Below are positions 1-9,860 of a DNA stretch of 53,254 nucleotides, in pieces. Position 1 is the stretch's first letter; each line of letters starts with the position of its first letter. The DNA lies in the IMG/VR virus record IMGVR_UViG_3300048686_001049, positions 1 to 53,254 of that record. One strand, written 5' to 3'. Source of the DNA: a virus (taxonomy: Duplodnaviria > Caudoviricetes). The position numbers and the translations under genes were made by a program. The notes beneath the pieces were generated by a model. It was not told where the DNA came from, ran no database searches, and saw only the letters and a list, made by a program, of their open reading frames with translations.

Positions 1-3000
1 ATAGTAAAGAGACGCAATAAAAAACGCAAAAAATATAAAAAACTAAATGAATTTGATGCGGAAGAATACGCAATCAAGGAAAAAACTTTAGCTTCAGGAA
101 AAGAAAAATTCTTTTATATCCCTGTTGATGTGGAAAATGCTTTTGAAGTAAAATCTTTACTGGACGCAGTACTGGACCACCATAGGGTTGATTCGTTTGT
201 TGATGAATATGGAATTGTTTTAACATCCGGACTAACAGCCGAATCAGTCGATGCAATAAATATTGCAGTAAAAGGCATTGGGACAAGAATAGGAAAAAGA
301 ATTGGCAGCGGTCTAATCGATAGACCGAGAATCGGTGACAGAAGAAGAAGGCTTGGTGGCGGAAGAATTGATATACCTACCGGCGGTATGCGTGGCACAA
401 AAAAACCAACAGGAAACCGTCGCGACGTTGATGCTGATGGTTGGGCTGATGAAGGCACCACGAACCCAGTATGGGTTGGTCTGCCTTCGGGCGCAAACAA
501 AAAACCCACACCATCAGGTACTGGTAAACCCAAAAAACGCACTCCAATCTGGGAGCAAAATCGTCGCCCAAGCCCACCAGTCCCTTCGCGACTCAGAGAG
601 TTGTTGGATGACAAAAAACCAGAATCACGTCGGACACCTCCTCCGGCCCCCCCAAAACCAAAGCCTACAAAAACCCCATCTTCACCACCTCCACCCCCTC
701 GCAAAAAAGAAAAACTATCTTCAGGCACAAAAGATATTACTAGACATCGTTCTGCCAAAAAACTAAAAAATCCAGCCGAAGACGCAAAAGAAACAGACTT
801 TGAAAAGATTGCAAATTCATGGCGCGAACAAGGATTGGGTTGGGTAGAAATTCCGCGATACCCGGCTGACAAAAAACTAAGCAACGATTTCTTACGCGGC
901 AGGGAACTTGGGTACAACCAAGTAAGAGTGATGTGGAATGGTTCGGGCACCTATAAGCGGCCGGCCAATTTTAACGAGAAAGCAAAATCTTCGGTTGAAT
1001 ATAGGACTTGGTTTTTGAACACAGCTAAAACTGCTGGCGAATACATAAAAAACAGCCGTAAAAGCAGTAATACAAGCGAAGCAGAGAAGGAAATAAATTT
1101 TGGCATTCCCGAAGGCATAGAAAACTTTTTGGATGCAGTGAAGCCAAATGTCTCTGGCTTGAGCATGAACGACAGAAGAGAATTTTTTGGTGCACTAATT
1201 CAATATGAGTTAATACCAAGGAAAGACATATTTGGCGGAGATTATGGCTTCAGAGGTGGATACGTACCCCCTAAAGCCATAGAACCTAAACCAAGCAAAA
1301 AACTCAGCAGCGGCAGAAAAGTACCATTCCCTGAAGTAAAACCAAAGCGCACATCAAAACAGCAACGAGATGACGAAAAAATTTACAAGCGTCGCAACGA
1401 CGGAGAGTCTCTCGCCGATGTTGCTGAAAGCCTTGGTCTTTCTCGCGAGGAAGTAAGAAAACGTGAGCAACGACACATGCGTCGTCTTCGCAAAGAAGAG
1501 GGCGAAAGACTAAGTGAAGATTCAAATCGTTCCGGTGAAACACTGTCTTCTGGACGACGAGAGTACGAAGACAAATCAAAGACTTCGGTTAAAAACATGC
1601 CGGCAGATGTTCGGTCGTTTCTGAACCAACAAATCGAATCTCAAAGAAAGATAAACAAAAACTCAGATGTTGCAAAACTCTATGAAAAACTTAGAGATGG
1701 GTTTGAGTTGGACGCCAATGAGCGAGACTTCATTATCGATTTCCTTGACCAAATTGAAAAACTTTCTACGCAAGACAGCCGCGTATATACCCCTGGACAA
1801 AGAGCTTCAGCAAGAAGATTAAATGCGCTTTTGAATAAAGACAACCCAAATTTCCGGGCCCCCAAAGGAACAGAGTTAAGAGACCTTGATGTTCCTTTGC
1901 GTATGGGGGAAGGCGGAAAACTTTCTTCCGGTCTCAAAAAACCAAGAACATTTAGAGAGATGATGACCGAAAGTGACAGACTCAGAGCGCAAGGAATAAT
2001 GTCGGATTCATCATTATTTGACGATGAATGGCAAAAAACTGAATATGGCATTAGAATAAATGCGCCAGACATTGATGGCTCTTATGAAATACAAGGCAAC
2101 GCTAAAGATGGATTCGTAGTCTCTCGTATTGCCGACGCCGTACGTAACGGTGGTCAAGAGGCCAAAGAGTACGAACATGATAAAGTTTTTAAATCAAGAG
2201 CTGCAGCAAAAAAATGGGCAGCAAGAGACTATAAGCTGATATCTCAAGAGGTAGGTCTTTCTTCTGGACGTAAAAAAAAAGGGAAGACAACTAAACGTAA
2301 ACCATTCTCCCCTGAGGACCGACAAAGATTTGCTGACGGAGACCGGTTAAAAGCCAGAACAATTCCGAGCAAAAAGAAGCCTGGCCCAAGTATTGATGAA
2401 TTCAGATTAAGCAGTGGATATGGCGGAGGGTCGAGACCTGCTCGTCGCCTTGCTCAATTGAATCGCCGAGAAGTTGAGCAAATCTATATTCAAGAATCTA
2501 GGGGCATGGAAGAACAGGCTAAAAATCTTTTAGCCAATCTCAAAACCCCATCGTTTGACGAAAGCCTTGAAAAAGGTTCAAAATTAGAGACCATTCGTGG
2601 AAATCTCAAGAAAGCATTCACAACTCCAGCGCTTGTTGGTTCTCTGTCGGATAATAAAAACAGAAAAAAAGACGGACCATGGATGCTTTCGTTTGAAAAA
2701 TTAAGACCCCTTTTGAGAGACCCTAAGGGCGAACCAATGTCTGATGAAAACATTAAAAAAATGTTCAATCTCAATGAAGACGAAATGAAAAAATTGCTAG
2801 GGAAAAACGGCGCAATATCGTCTGCTTCTGTTCAGTCGTATTTGACTGCACATTCGGATACTAACTTGCCCGGCGAATCAGATGGACTAATCAGAAAAGT
2901 TTGGGGATTTGATTCTGCCCCATATTGGTATGACGGCCTAGAAGATAATAAGCCAGTAAGTCGTGAGGATTATGACGCCGCCAAAGACGAATCAACCTTT

Positions 3001-6000
3001 TTGGGTGCCATCTACCCCTTAGATGCACCTATAGATTTTAAGACTTCAACCGAAATAGATGAAGACGCTCTTCCTAAAAAGAGAGAAATAGTTGTTGCAG
3101 AAGATGTAAAGCGCTCAATAGAAAGCGTGAAAGGAAAAGAATCTAAAGAGGCCTACAGTCTTGACAAGTTAATTGAAAAACTTAATATGCCAGCTGATTC
3201 AGGAAAAAATCGAGAAGAAATAGCTAAAGCTTTTGAGAAGTTACTAGGGGTCCCAACTAGCACGGAACAATTATTTACTTCTCCAGGTTCATGGAGAAGA
3301 AATGGTGTACCAACAAATGTGGTTTTAGAATTAAAAAAACGTAAGCACATTACTAGTGCTGCCGACGTTTTTGGTAGTGATGAAGCCAAAAACCTTGACA
3401 AAGCAACAGAACAAAATAAATTCTTTAGTGCTTTAGATAATCTCCTAAGAGCAAATGGGATACAAATAGGAGGAGGTAAGGGCAATCTTTCGGACAGAGT
3501 TATTGGTGAAATTATGGGAGACGCTATTGGCTCTAAGCCTTTGGCAAAAATAGGTCGAGCCTTTAAAAAAGCTGGAGAAGAAAGGCCTTTTACTTACAAA
3601 GTGGGCGCCGCTGTCGTTTGGACTCCAGAAGAAATTCAAAAAACTCTTGATGGAATTAATAAAGCAACAGGAAAAGATTTTAAAGTTTCTGACCTTAAAT
3701 TGAGTAGCGGTAGATTCGGCAAAGGTGAAAGAAAAATAGCACCCAGAGCAGCAACTGCAGTTCAAATGGAAATGGACCCCCGTAATTCCAAACTTGCTAA
3801 AAAAATTACTTATGACCCACAAGACCAAGTTCTTGGAGTTACATATAGGGACACCGGTAAAACTGTTGAATTCAGAAACGTTACATACGAGAGTGCTCGA
3901 CAGGCTGGGGCTTCAAATAATCCAGACAAATTTATTAGAAGCCTGGAAGAAGGTCGCAAGTTATCTTCGGGCAGAACTGGGACTGAATCTTTTTCAGCTA
4001 ATGAATCAATTAACGAAATTGACGAAAGATTGCGTACAGCCAAAAAAAGAGGCTCAAAAGTATTTAATGAAATGCTTCGAGCAGAAAGTAAAAAACAAAG
4101 TTCTCAAAAAGCAAAACCGAATCCACTAGACAAAATGAAAGATGGTGAACGTCTTTCATCGGGCAAACTTGATGAAGTTTATAAGTCAATCACTCAAAAA
4201 TTAATTAAAGCAATAGAGACTGCTGATGGAGATAAGTGGGAAGCCCCTTGGTACAAAGTTGGTGCATTTCCTAAAAATCCAACCAATAAAAACCGTCCAT
4301 ACTCAAACACAAACTTATTGTTCCTATTAATGGCGCAAGAAGATAAGGGATACACGAAACCATATTGGGCAACATACAAGCAGTGGGAAAAATCTGGCGG
4401 CCAAGTCAAGGCGGGAGAAAAAGGAACCAAAATTCTCGTCCCAAGAGTTTACAAAGCAAAAGAAGATGATGAGGGCAACAAGAAGGGCGGCGGAGTATTT
4501 TATTCAGTTGCAACGGTATTTAATGTCGACCAAGTAGATGGCGTAGATGTTGATGAGATGGAAAATAAATTTCCAAAACTTTCAGAAGAGCAAAGAGTTT
4601 CTCAACTTGAAAGCGCTATTAAAGAAATAGGTGCAAAGATTACCGAAGCCGCAACTGATAGGGCTTACTACAGTCCATCAAAAGATGAAATAGTTCTACC
4701 AAAATTTGAAAATTTTAAATCTCCTTTGGATTTTTACGCGACTCAAGCTCACGAATTAATGCACTGGACCGGACACACATCACGTCTAAATAGACCAAAC
4801 ATGAATTATTTTGGTAGTCCAGAATACGCATACGAAGAATTGGTAGCAGAAATTGCTTCTGCTTTCTTTATGGCAGCACATGGTCTCTCCGCGGAGCCGC
4901 AGCCACAGCATGCGATGTATCTTGCTTCATGGCTTAAGCGACTCAAATCAGACCCTGATGCTCTGCAAAAAGCAGTGTCCGATGCACAAAAAGCTGTAAA
5001 TTTCGCCATCAAACTATCCCCGAGCATGAGTAAACAAATGGCCGTATCAGAAAACGTAGATGACGTGCCTGGGATAACGGTCCCCGACACTGGCGGTAAG
5101 TTGTCGTCGGGTAAAACTCCTGATTTACCTGCTCTTACTAGGGCGCTCGAAAACGCAGGGCTTGCTGAATCAGTAACCGAAAATATGATTACTGAAGCTA
5201 TTGGTGTATGGAAGGACAACCCTTCGCTACATAGGCAATATATTGAGCGTCTTGACGGAGATGTTAATGGCGCAGTGTTCTCTCTCTATAACGATTATCT
5301 CGAAGATATGTTTGACCGCTCTCCAGAGGGAGCCGCAAAAATAGAACGCGAGCTTAATGAACAATATGAAGCAACACAAAGCCTTTCGTCAGGCAGACCA
5401 TCAAAAAGACTTTCGCGTCGACTAAAAGATGATGAATCATCAAAACTCTCATCTGGCAAGCAACCATGGGATGACCCCGCTGTACAGAAAAGATTAATAG
5501 ACGGTGCAAGAACAAAAAAGAAAACCAAAGCCGATGGTAAAACCGAAAGTTACATGGCAAGCATGGTTAGACAATTTGACGCAGGGAAAAAACTGACAGA
5601 CAATCAGTGGAAACCTCTGTGGGAAAGCTTCGGCGGCGAAACCTCGGCCACAAAACCGAGCACACCGTCGACTGCATCAACAAGTAAAGCCCTTAAGCCA
5701 TTTAGCGGCCTTAAGCGTAAAGAAATAGACCTGTCTGATGTTAAAAAATATGATTACCCAACGACTGATGCTAAAGGAAAGAAAAAACCACTTCCGACAG
5801 AAGAGCAATCAGATGCGATAGATGCAATGATGACCGGTAGCGACGTCAAGGTTGCCGCATTAGCCGCAACCGGTAAAACTACTACGGTAATCAATTTTGC
5901 AAATCGACTTCTAGATGAAGAACCTGAATCAAGAATTCTTTATTTAGTATTTAATAAAAATGCTGAAAGAGACGTTGTAAAACGTGGCATGCCAGAAAAC

Positions 6001-7983
6001 GTAACAGTCAGAACAATGGACGCAGTTGCCTTCCGCGCCATGAAAACAATTGATTCGAAAATGACTGACAAAAGTTTTAATCCATCAATAAAACCAATCA
6101 AGTCTTTCCGAGATAGAGCGGCATATCTTGGTGTCAAGAGAATGGTGTCTCAGGGAGACGAGCTAACATCTGCCGATGTTGTGAAAAGAATAGCAAAAGC
6201 CGTAGAACATTTTTCGATTAGTAGCGATACGGAAATCGGACCACAACATTTTAATGGGAAATTTAATGGAAAGCTTGCTGTCGACGATGATGCAATACTC
6301 CCGGAATTAGTGGCACTTGCCAACAAGTACTGGAAAGACATTAAAACTCCACGAGATGGAGTTGCTGGAATGTTGCCAGTCAATAACACACATATTACAA
6401 AAATGTGGGCTTTATCAAAGCCAGACATAGGTTCGTCAATGGATGTAAATATCGCAATGGTCGATGAAGCGCAAGATATGAACCCGGTTTTTGCTGAAAT
6501 TTTACAAAAAGCAAATAAAGTGCAAAGAATATATATAGGCGATACAAACCAGGCCATAAATGCTTGGCGCGGCGCGGATGGACAGACTCTTGTCGACGCT
6601 CCAGCTAAATACACAATGCCAATAACTGATTCGTTTAGATTTGGTAAAAATATTGCAGGCATAGGCAATAGATTTCTTTCGCTACTTGGAGCTAAGGAAA
6701 AAATGACTGGTCGGAAAGTGGATAAATCTGGCAACCCGGTAGATGGGTTTATTGGGGACGTAGAAAATCCAACAATGATTCTTACTCGCTCAAATGGTGG
6801 AGCGATGGCCGCAACGATGAAGAGTTTTGAAAAAGGCCTAACCGTCTATGGCAGCAAAAACTTCAAAGAAGATTTAACAAAATTTATTGACAATGTTGAA
6901 TACATGGAAACATCCGCTAATGGCAAAAAAGGTTATTACACCAGCGCTGATGGTAGAAAAATCTATGAAAGACCATCAATGAGTCAAGACCTTGATGGCA
7001 TCAGCAATATTGAAGAATTTAAAGAAGCAGTGGAAAAGGGTGATGATAATAGGCTAAATATGCTTAACAAGCTGTTGAGCGAACATGGCGTTGAAGAACT
7101 TCGAAATGCCCTTGGCAGAATCATAACCGATGAAAAAAAATTACCCAAAAACCGTGATGAATATGTTCACATACAGACAGCACATACGTCTAAGGGTCTA
7201 GAGTCGCCCAGAGTCCAGATATGGAGCGATTTTGCTAAACCCAAAAAAGCTACCGATGGCACAAACATCACAATAATGCCCAACGAGCAAGAGCTCAGAC
7301 TTTCTTATGTGGCGGTCACCAGGGCTGAAGAAAAACTAGATTTGGGTTCTTTGTCGTGGATTTATAATCATACGAGCGACGAGGATGGCGCATCGAACAA
7401 ACTCAGTTCTGGTGCAAACTTGTTGATGCCGAGACTTTCTGGAACACTTTCGAACGCCATAATTAATTCAACACCGGCGGCTCGTAAAATGAGAAAAGAA
7501 TGGAAAAAGCGCGAATCAATGTCTGGACACCCATCTAAGAGAAAGGGTATAAAATTAAGTTCCGGAAGATATCTTAATTTTGAACGAATATTGTCTTCGG
7601 ATGAACTTGATGACAACCTAGAACCAATTAGGGGGCCTTATGGGGACCCAAATGACTTAATCCACCGAAAGCAAGTCAGATATGCGGTTCGCCGTTTCAA
7701 ACATACCGAATCCGTTCCAGTCCGTCAGCGTAGTACTGGGCTTCCTACTGGGCGTATGGTTGAAAGAACCAGGACATATTTCTGGATTGAAGACATGAAG
7801 ACCAACCAAACCCCAGTATGGGCTTCAGGTATTTTTTACTACAGAAACCACCTAATAGGAAGATTGCAATCACACCTAAATTCATTGTCGGAAGACGAAA
7901 AAGCCGCACTAGTAAAAGAATACGAAAAAAGTGCCAAAACATTTACCCGTCGCACGAAGGATGAATTAAAAATTCCATCCTAA
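1..7983 (+). CDS. Giant polyvalent protein 1 (>2660 aa, 5'-truncated): leader, sigma70-r4-like HTH, KTSC, ArdC and UvrD-like helicase modules separated by 14 LSSG motifs
   Basis: Frame 1 is open from base 1 (IVKRRNKK...PVDVENAF), so the GTG at 130 is probably internal. Domain motifs are listed in the sub-features. Confidence 0.85.
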   Translation: MVKRRNKKRKKYKKLNEFDAEEYAIKEKTLASGKEKFFYIPVDVENAFEVKSLLDAVLDHHRVDSFVDEYGIVLTSGLTAESVDAINIAVKGIGTRIGKRIGSGLIDRPRIGDRRRRLGGGRIDIPTGGMRGTKKPTGNRRDVDADGWADEGTTNPVWVGLPSGANKKPTPSGTGKPKKRTPIWEQNRRPSPPVPSRLRELLDDKKPESRRTPPPAPPKPKPTKTPSSPPPPPRKKEKLSSGTKDITRHRSAKKLKNPAEDAKETDFEKIANSWREQGLGWVEIPRYPADKKLSNDFLRGRELGYNQVRVMWNGSGTYKRPANFNEKAKSSVEYRTWFLNTAKTAGEYIKNSRKSSNTSEAEKEINFGIPEGIENFLDAVKPNVSGLSMNDRREFFGALIQYELIPRKDIFGGDYGFRGGYVPPKAIEPKPSKKLSSGRKVPFPEVKPKRTSKQQRDDEKIYKRRNDGESLADVAESLGLSREEVRKREQRHMRRLRKEEGERLSEDSNRSGETLSSGRREYEDKSKTSVKNMPADVRSFLNQQIESQRKINKNSDVAKLYEKLRDGFELDANERDFIIDFLDQIEKLSTQDSRVYTPGQRASARRLNALLNKDNPNFRAPKGTELRDLDVPLRMGEGGKLSSGLKKPRTFREMMTESDRLRAQGIMSDSSLFDDEWQKTEYGIRINAPDIDGSYEIQGNAKDGFVVSRIADAVRNGGQEAKEYEHDKVFKSRAAAKKWAARDYKLISQEVGLSSGRKKKGKTTKRKPFSPEDRQRFADGDRLKARTIPSKKKPGPSIDEFRLSSGYGGGSRPARRLAQLNRREVEQIYIQESRGMEEQAKNLLANLKTPSFDESLEKGSKLETIRGNLKKAFTTPALVGSLSDNKNRKKDGPWMLSFEKLRPLLRDPKGEPMSDENIKKMFNLNEDEMKKLLGKNGAISSASVQSYLTAHSDTNLPGESDGLIRKVWGFDSAPYWYDGLEDNKPVSREDYDAAKDESTFLGAIYPLDAPIDFKTSTEIDEDALPKKREIVVAEDVKRSIESVKGKESKEAYSLDKLIEKLNMPADSGKNREEIAKAFEKLLGVPTSTEQLFTSPGSWRRNGVPTNVVLELKKRKHITSAADVFGSDEAKNLDKATEQNKFFSALDNLLRANGIQIGGGKGNLSDRVIGEIMGDAIGSKPLAKIGRAFKKAGEERPFTYKVGAAVVWTPEEIQKTLDGINKATGKDFKVSDLKLSSGRFGKGERKIAPRAATAVQMEMDPRNSKLAKKITYDPQDQVLGVTYRDTGKTVEFRNVTYESARQAGASNNPDKFIRSLEEGRKLSSGRTGTESFSANESINEIDERLRTAKKRGSKVFNEMLRAESKKQSSQKAKPNPLDKMKDGERLSSGKLDEVYKSITQKLIKAIETADGDKWEAPWYKVGAFPKNPTNKNRPYSNTNLLFLLMAQEDKGYTKPYWATYKQWEKSGGQVKAGEKGTKILVPRVYKAKEDDEGNKKGGGVFYSVATVFNVDQVDGVDVDEMENKFPKLSEEQRVSQLESAIKEIGAKITEAATDRAYYSPSKDEIVLPKFENFKSPLDFYATQAHELMHWTGHTSRLNRPNMNYFGSPEYAYEELVAEIASAFFMAAHGLSAEPQPQHAMYLASWLKRLKSDPDALQKAVSDAQKAVNFAIKLSPSMSKQMAVSENVDDVPGITVPDTGGKLSSGKTPDLPALTRALENAGLAESVTENMITEAIGVWKDNPSLHRQYIERLDGDVNGAVFSLYNDYLEDMFDRSPEGAAKIERELNEQYEATQSLSSGRPSKRLSRRLKDDESSKLSSGKQPWDDPAVQKRLIDGARTKKKTKADGKTESYMASMVRQFDAGKKLTDNQWKPLWESFGGETSATKPSTPSTASTSKALKPFSGLKRKEIDLSDVKKYDYPTTDAKGKKKPLPTEEQSDAIDAMMTGSDVKVAALAATGKTTTVINFANRLLDEEPESRILYLVFNKNAERDVVKRGMPENVTVRTMDAVAFRAMKTIDSKMTDKSFNPSIKPIKSFRDRAAYLGVKRMVSQGDELTSADVVKRIAKAVEHFSISSDTEIGPQHFNGKFNGKLAVDDDAILPELVALANKYWKDIKTPRDGVAGMLPVNNTHITKMWALSKPDIGSSMDVNIAMVDEAQDMNPVFAEILQKANKVQRIYIGDTNQAINAWRGADGQTLVDAPAKYTMPITDSFRFGKNIAGIGNRFLSLLGAKEKMTGRKVDKSGNPVDGFIGDVENPTMILTRSNGGAMAATMKSFEKGLTVYGSKNFKEDLTKFIDNVEYMETSANGKKGYYTSADGRKIYERPSMSQDLDGISNIEEFKEAVEKGDDNRLNMLNKLLSEHGVEELRNALGRIITDEKKLPKNRDEYVHIQTAHTSKGLESPRVQIWSDFAKPKKATDGTNITIMPNEQELRLSYVAVTRAEEKLDLGSLSWIYNHTSDEDGASNKLSSGANLLMPRLSGTLSNAIINSTPAARKMRKEWKKRESMSGHPSKRKGIKLSSGRYLNFERILSSDELDDNLEPIRGPYGDPNDLIHRKQVRYAVRRFKHTESVPVRQRSTGLPTGRMVERTRTYFWIEDMKTNQTPVWASGIFYYRNHLIGRLQSHLNSLSEDEKAALVKEYEKSAKTFTRRTKDELKIPS
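1315..1542 (+). other. Sigma70 region 4-like HTH module in polyprotein 1
   Basis: GESLADVAESLGLSREEVRKREQRHMRRLR matches the tl.EiA..lglSreRVRQiE.rAl.kLR pattern; bounded by LSSG at 1303 and 1543. Confidence 0.7.
3712..3960 (+). other. KTSC-like module in polyprotein 1
   Basis: SKLAKKITYDPQDQVLGVTYRDTGKTVEFRNVT...ASNNPDKFI resembles the KTSC pattern; bounded by LSSG at 3700 and 3961. Confidence 0.65.
4165..5100 (+). other. ardC: ArdC-like antirestriction module (ssDNA-binding N domain plus zincin MPTase)
   Basis: WEAPW...PKNPTNKNRPYSNTN...WATYKQW...GGQVKAGEKG...VFNVDQ, AYYSPSKDEIVLP, HELMHWTGH (4750), YAYEELVAEI, YLASWL; bounded by LSSG at 4153 and 5101. Confidence 0.9.
5790..7401 (+). other. 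SF1 UvrD/FBH1-like helicase module
   Basis: PTEEQ, Walker A ALAATGKTT (about 5857-5883), LYLVFN, VDEAQD (6460), GDTNQAINAWRGA, SFRFG, TAHTSKGLE, YVAVTRA; ends at LSSG 7402. Confidence 0.9.
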
Positions 7984-7990
7984 AAACTAG

Positions 7991-8011
7991 TTGTCAATAG
8001 ATGTTTGACAA
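7991..8011. promoter_or_regulatory. Inverted repeat TTGTCAA-N7-TTGACAA upstream of the 8138 gene
   Basis: Perfect 7-bp dyad containing a canonical -35 TTGACA, in an intergenic gap. Confidence 0.4.
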
Positions 8012-8137
8012 TATCTAATTTATTGATACTTCCCGTATGGGCCTTATGGTAGCGTATACTTTTACAAAGACATTTGTAATTAATATAACGGCCATTTTCA
8101 GGAGTGGCTAAAACAACAAACCCCAGGGAGTCATGAA

Positions 8138-9844
8138 ATGAATAGCGATGAAAAAGCTACGGTCAATATCGATGCCGATGGGGCTGTCGTAAAATGCGCA
8201 AAAGGTCTTGCGTCAGGCGAGTGCGGCTACGTTAAAGGCGCTGAAATATGCGGCAAATGTGGAGCTATGGCTGTTGAAGTCAAAATGGTTCCAGTAGATA
8301 TTTTCAACACAAAAGGTGATAAACCGGAAATGGACGAAGAATACATGAAAATGGCAGATGACTCTTATCCAATCGAAAATGAAGATGACCTCAAAATGGC
8401 AATTATGGCTGTCGATGATGCAGAAAACCCTCAGGCTGCAAAAATGCATTGCATGAAGCGTGCGCAAGAACTTGGCAAGGAAGACATGATTCCTAAATCT
8501 TGGATGTCGGAAAAAATGGATGATGAGGAGTACAGCGAAGCGAAGGCTGCTGACGTGGGCGACGACGAAGACATGGGCGACGATGAAGACATGGATGATG
8601 AAGAAGACATGGACGAAGATGAAGACATGGATGAAGACGAAGACATGGATTCGGAAGAGAAAGCTGCATCAATGGATGACGAAGACGAAGACATGGACGA
8701 AGACATGGACGAAGACATGGATGAAGACATGGATGAAGATGAAGATGAAGATGAAGATGAAGAAGACATGACTGAAGATGAAGACATGGATGAAGACGAA
8801 GAAAAAAGCATGTACATGCCCTTTAAGGCCAAGAAGCGTAAAAAGGGAATGAATTCAGACATGGACGTCGAAATGGACGAAGAAGGCGACGCAGAACTTG
8901 CAGAAGAAATGGAGCCAATGCGTAAGCGTCGAATTGAATCAATGGGCATGAAATCTGAAGATTTCTCAAATAATGGTTATGTTTGCGCGATAGAGCGCAA
9001 AGCTTATGGTGGCGGCGTGTCCGTATGCGATGACTGCCCAGGTGGTTGCGTGTCAGAGAAGGGCCTACCTGGCCTTCTTCATATTGAAGGTCTTGCCGAA
9101 GAGATGTTCGATGGAAGCGTCATTGACTCTGGTTATTCGGCAAATGCAGATATGTATGTTGTTGATGTTCAAGTCAAAGATGGTCGTGCAGTAGAAGTTT
9201 TCGTAGACGGCACAACAGCAGAAGTTGTGGGTTGGCACAAACTCGATGAAAACGTATTTGAGTCAAAGTCGGCAAACAACGAACTTACATTGATTAGCTT
9301 TACCGAAGCAGCAGAAATAGCCGTCAAGTCAATTGACGGTCATGTTGTCGCTGTAGAGCCCGACACATTCGAAGGCTACGATGCGTACGCCGTAGAAATT
9401 GATGGTTTTGACGGCAAGTCTTACGACGTGTTTGTTGCCATGGATGGAGAGGTTCTTGGTTACGACAAGTATGAGCCAGAAGAGGCAGAAGAGATTGAGG
9501 CAGAGGCTGCAGAGATAGCTCTTAAGAGAGCATTTTCCGAGGACCAGAGAAATTTAATGGCCAAAGAAGGAACTGCTCTTCCAGATGGTTCATTCCCAAT
9601 TGCTTCTTCCGAAGACCTTCGTAATGCAATTCAGGCTTTTGGTAGAGCAAAAGACAAGAATGCTGCAAAGCGCCACATAATGAAGCGTGCAAAAGAAATG
9701 AATATGGAAAAATTGATTCCAGCAACTTGGTTGGTAAACGAAAACATTGAAAGCAAAGAAAAATCTGCCGAACAAGTTGAGGGAGAATTCCTTAAGTCAC
9801 TAGTAGAGTTTCAGCTTCTTGAATTAGAAGAAGACTCAATCTAG
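8138..9844 (+). CDS. Acidic head-associated (scaffold-like) protein with Cys-rich segments, an Asp/Glu/Met repeat, two PepSY-like domains and two copies of a FPI...DL..AI...KRA helical domain
   Basis: GGGAG RBS; ISFTEAAEIAVKSIDGHVVAVE...YAVEI...DVFVAMDGEVLG is PepSY-like; internal repeat at about 8360-8505 and 9580-9730; located in the head module. Confidence 0.7.
   Translation: MNSDEKATVNIDADGAVVKCAKGLASGECGYVKGAEICGKCGAMAVEVKMVPVDIFNTKGDKPEMDEEYMKMADDSYPIENEDDLKMAIMAVDDAENPQAAKMHCMKRAQELGKEDMIPKSWMSEKMDDEEYSEAKAADVGDDEDMGDDEDMDDEEDMDEDEDMDEDEDMDSEEKAASMDDEDEDMDEDMDEDMDEDMDEDEDEDEDEEDMTEDEDMDEDEEKSMYMPFKAKKRKKGMNSDMDVEMDEEGDAELAEEMEPMRKRRIESMGMKSEDFSNNGYVCAIERKAYGGGVSVCDDCPGGCVSEKGLPGLLHIEGLAEEMFDGSVIDSGYSANADMYVVDVQVKDGRAVEVFVDGTTAEVVGWHKLDENVFESKSANNELTLISFTEAAEIAVKSIDGHVVAVEPDTFEGYDAYAVEIDGFDGKSYDVFVAMDGEVLGYDKYEPEEAEEIEAEAAEIALKRAFSEDQRNLMAKEGTALPDGSFPIASSEDLRNAIQAFGRAKDKNAAKRHIMKRAKEMNMEKLIPATWLVNENIESKEKSAEQVEGEFLKSLVEFQLLELEEDSI
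8557..8800 (+). repeat. Coding low-complexity tandem repeat (GAAGACATGGAC/GATGAA units; EDMD)
   Basis: 12- and 18-nt degenerate units, directly visible. Confidence 0.9.
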
Positions 9845-9860
9845 AAAAGGGGCACCCGCC

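Noticed and set aside
114-950. Long antisense ORFs (e.g. 114-950, 8431-8949, 14147-14773, 45856-46335)
   Set aside because: Shadows of codon-biased or low-complexity sense genes; no RBS or recognisable motifs.
715-7566. LSSG sites as a DNA repeat, attC-like or CRISPR-like element
   Set aside because: The nucleotide sequence varies at every synonymous position; only the peptide is conserved and spacing is irregular.
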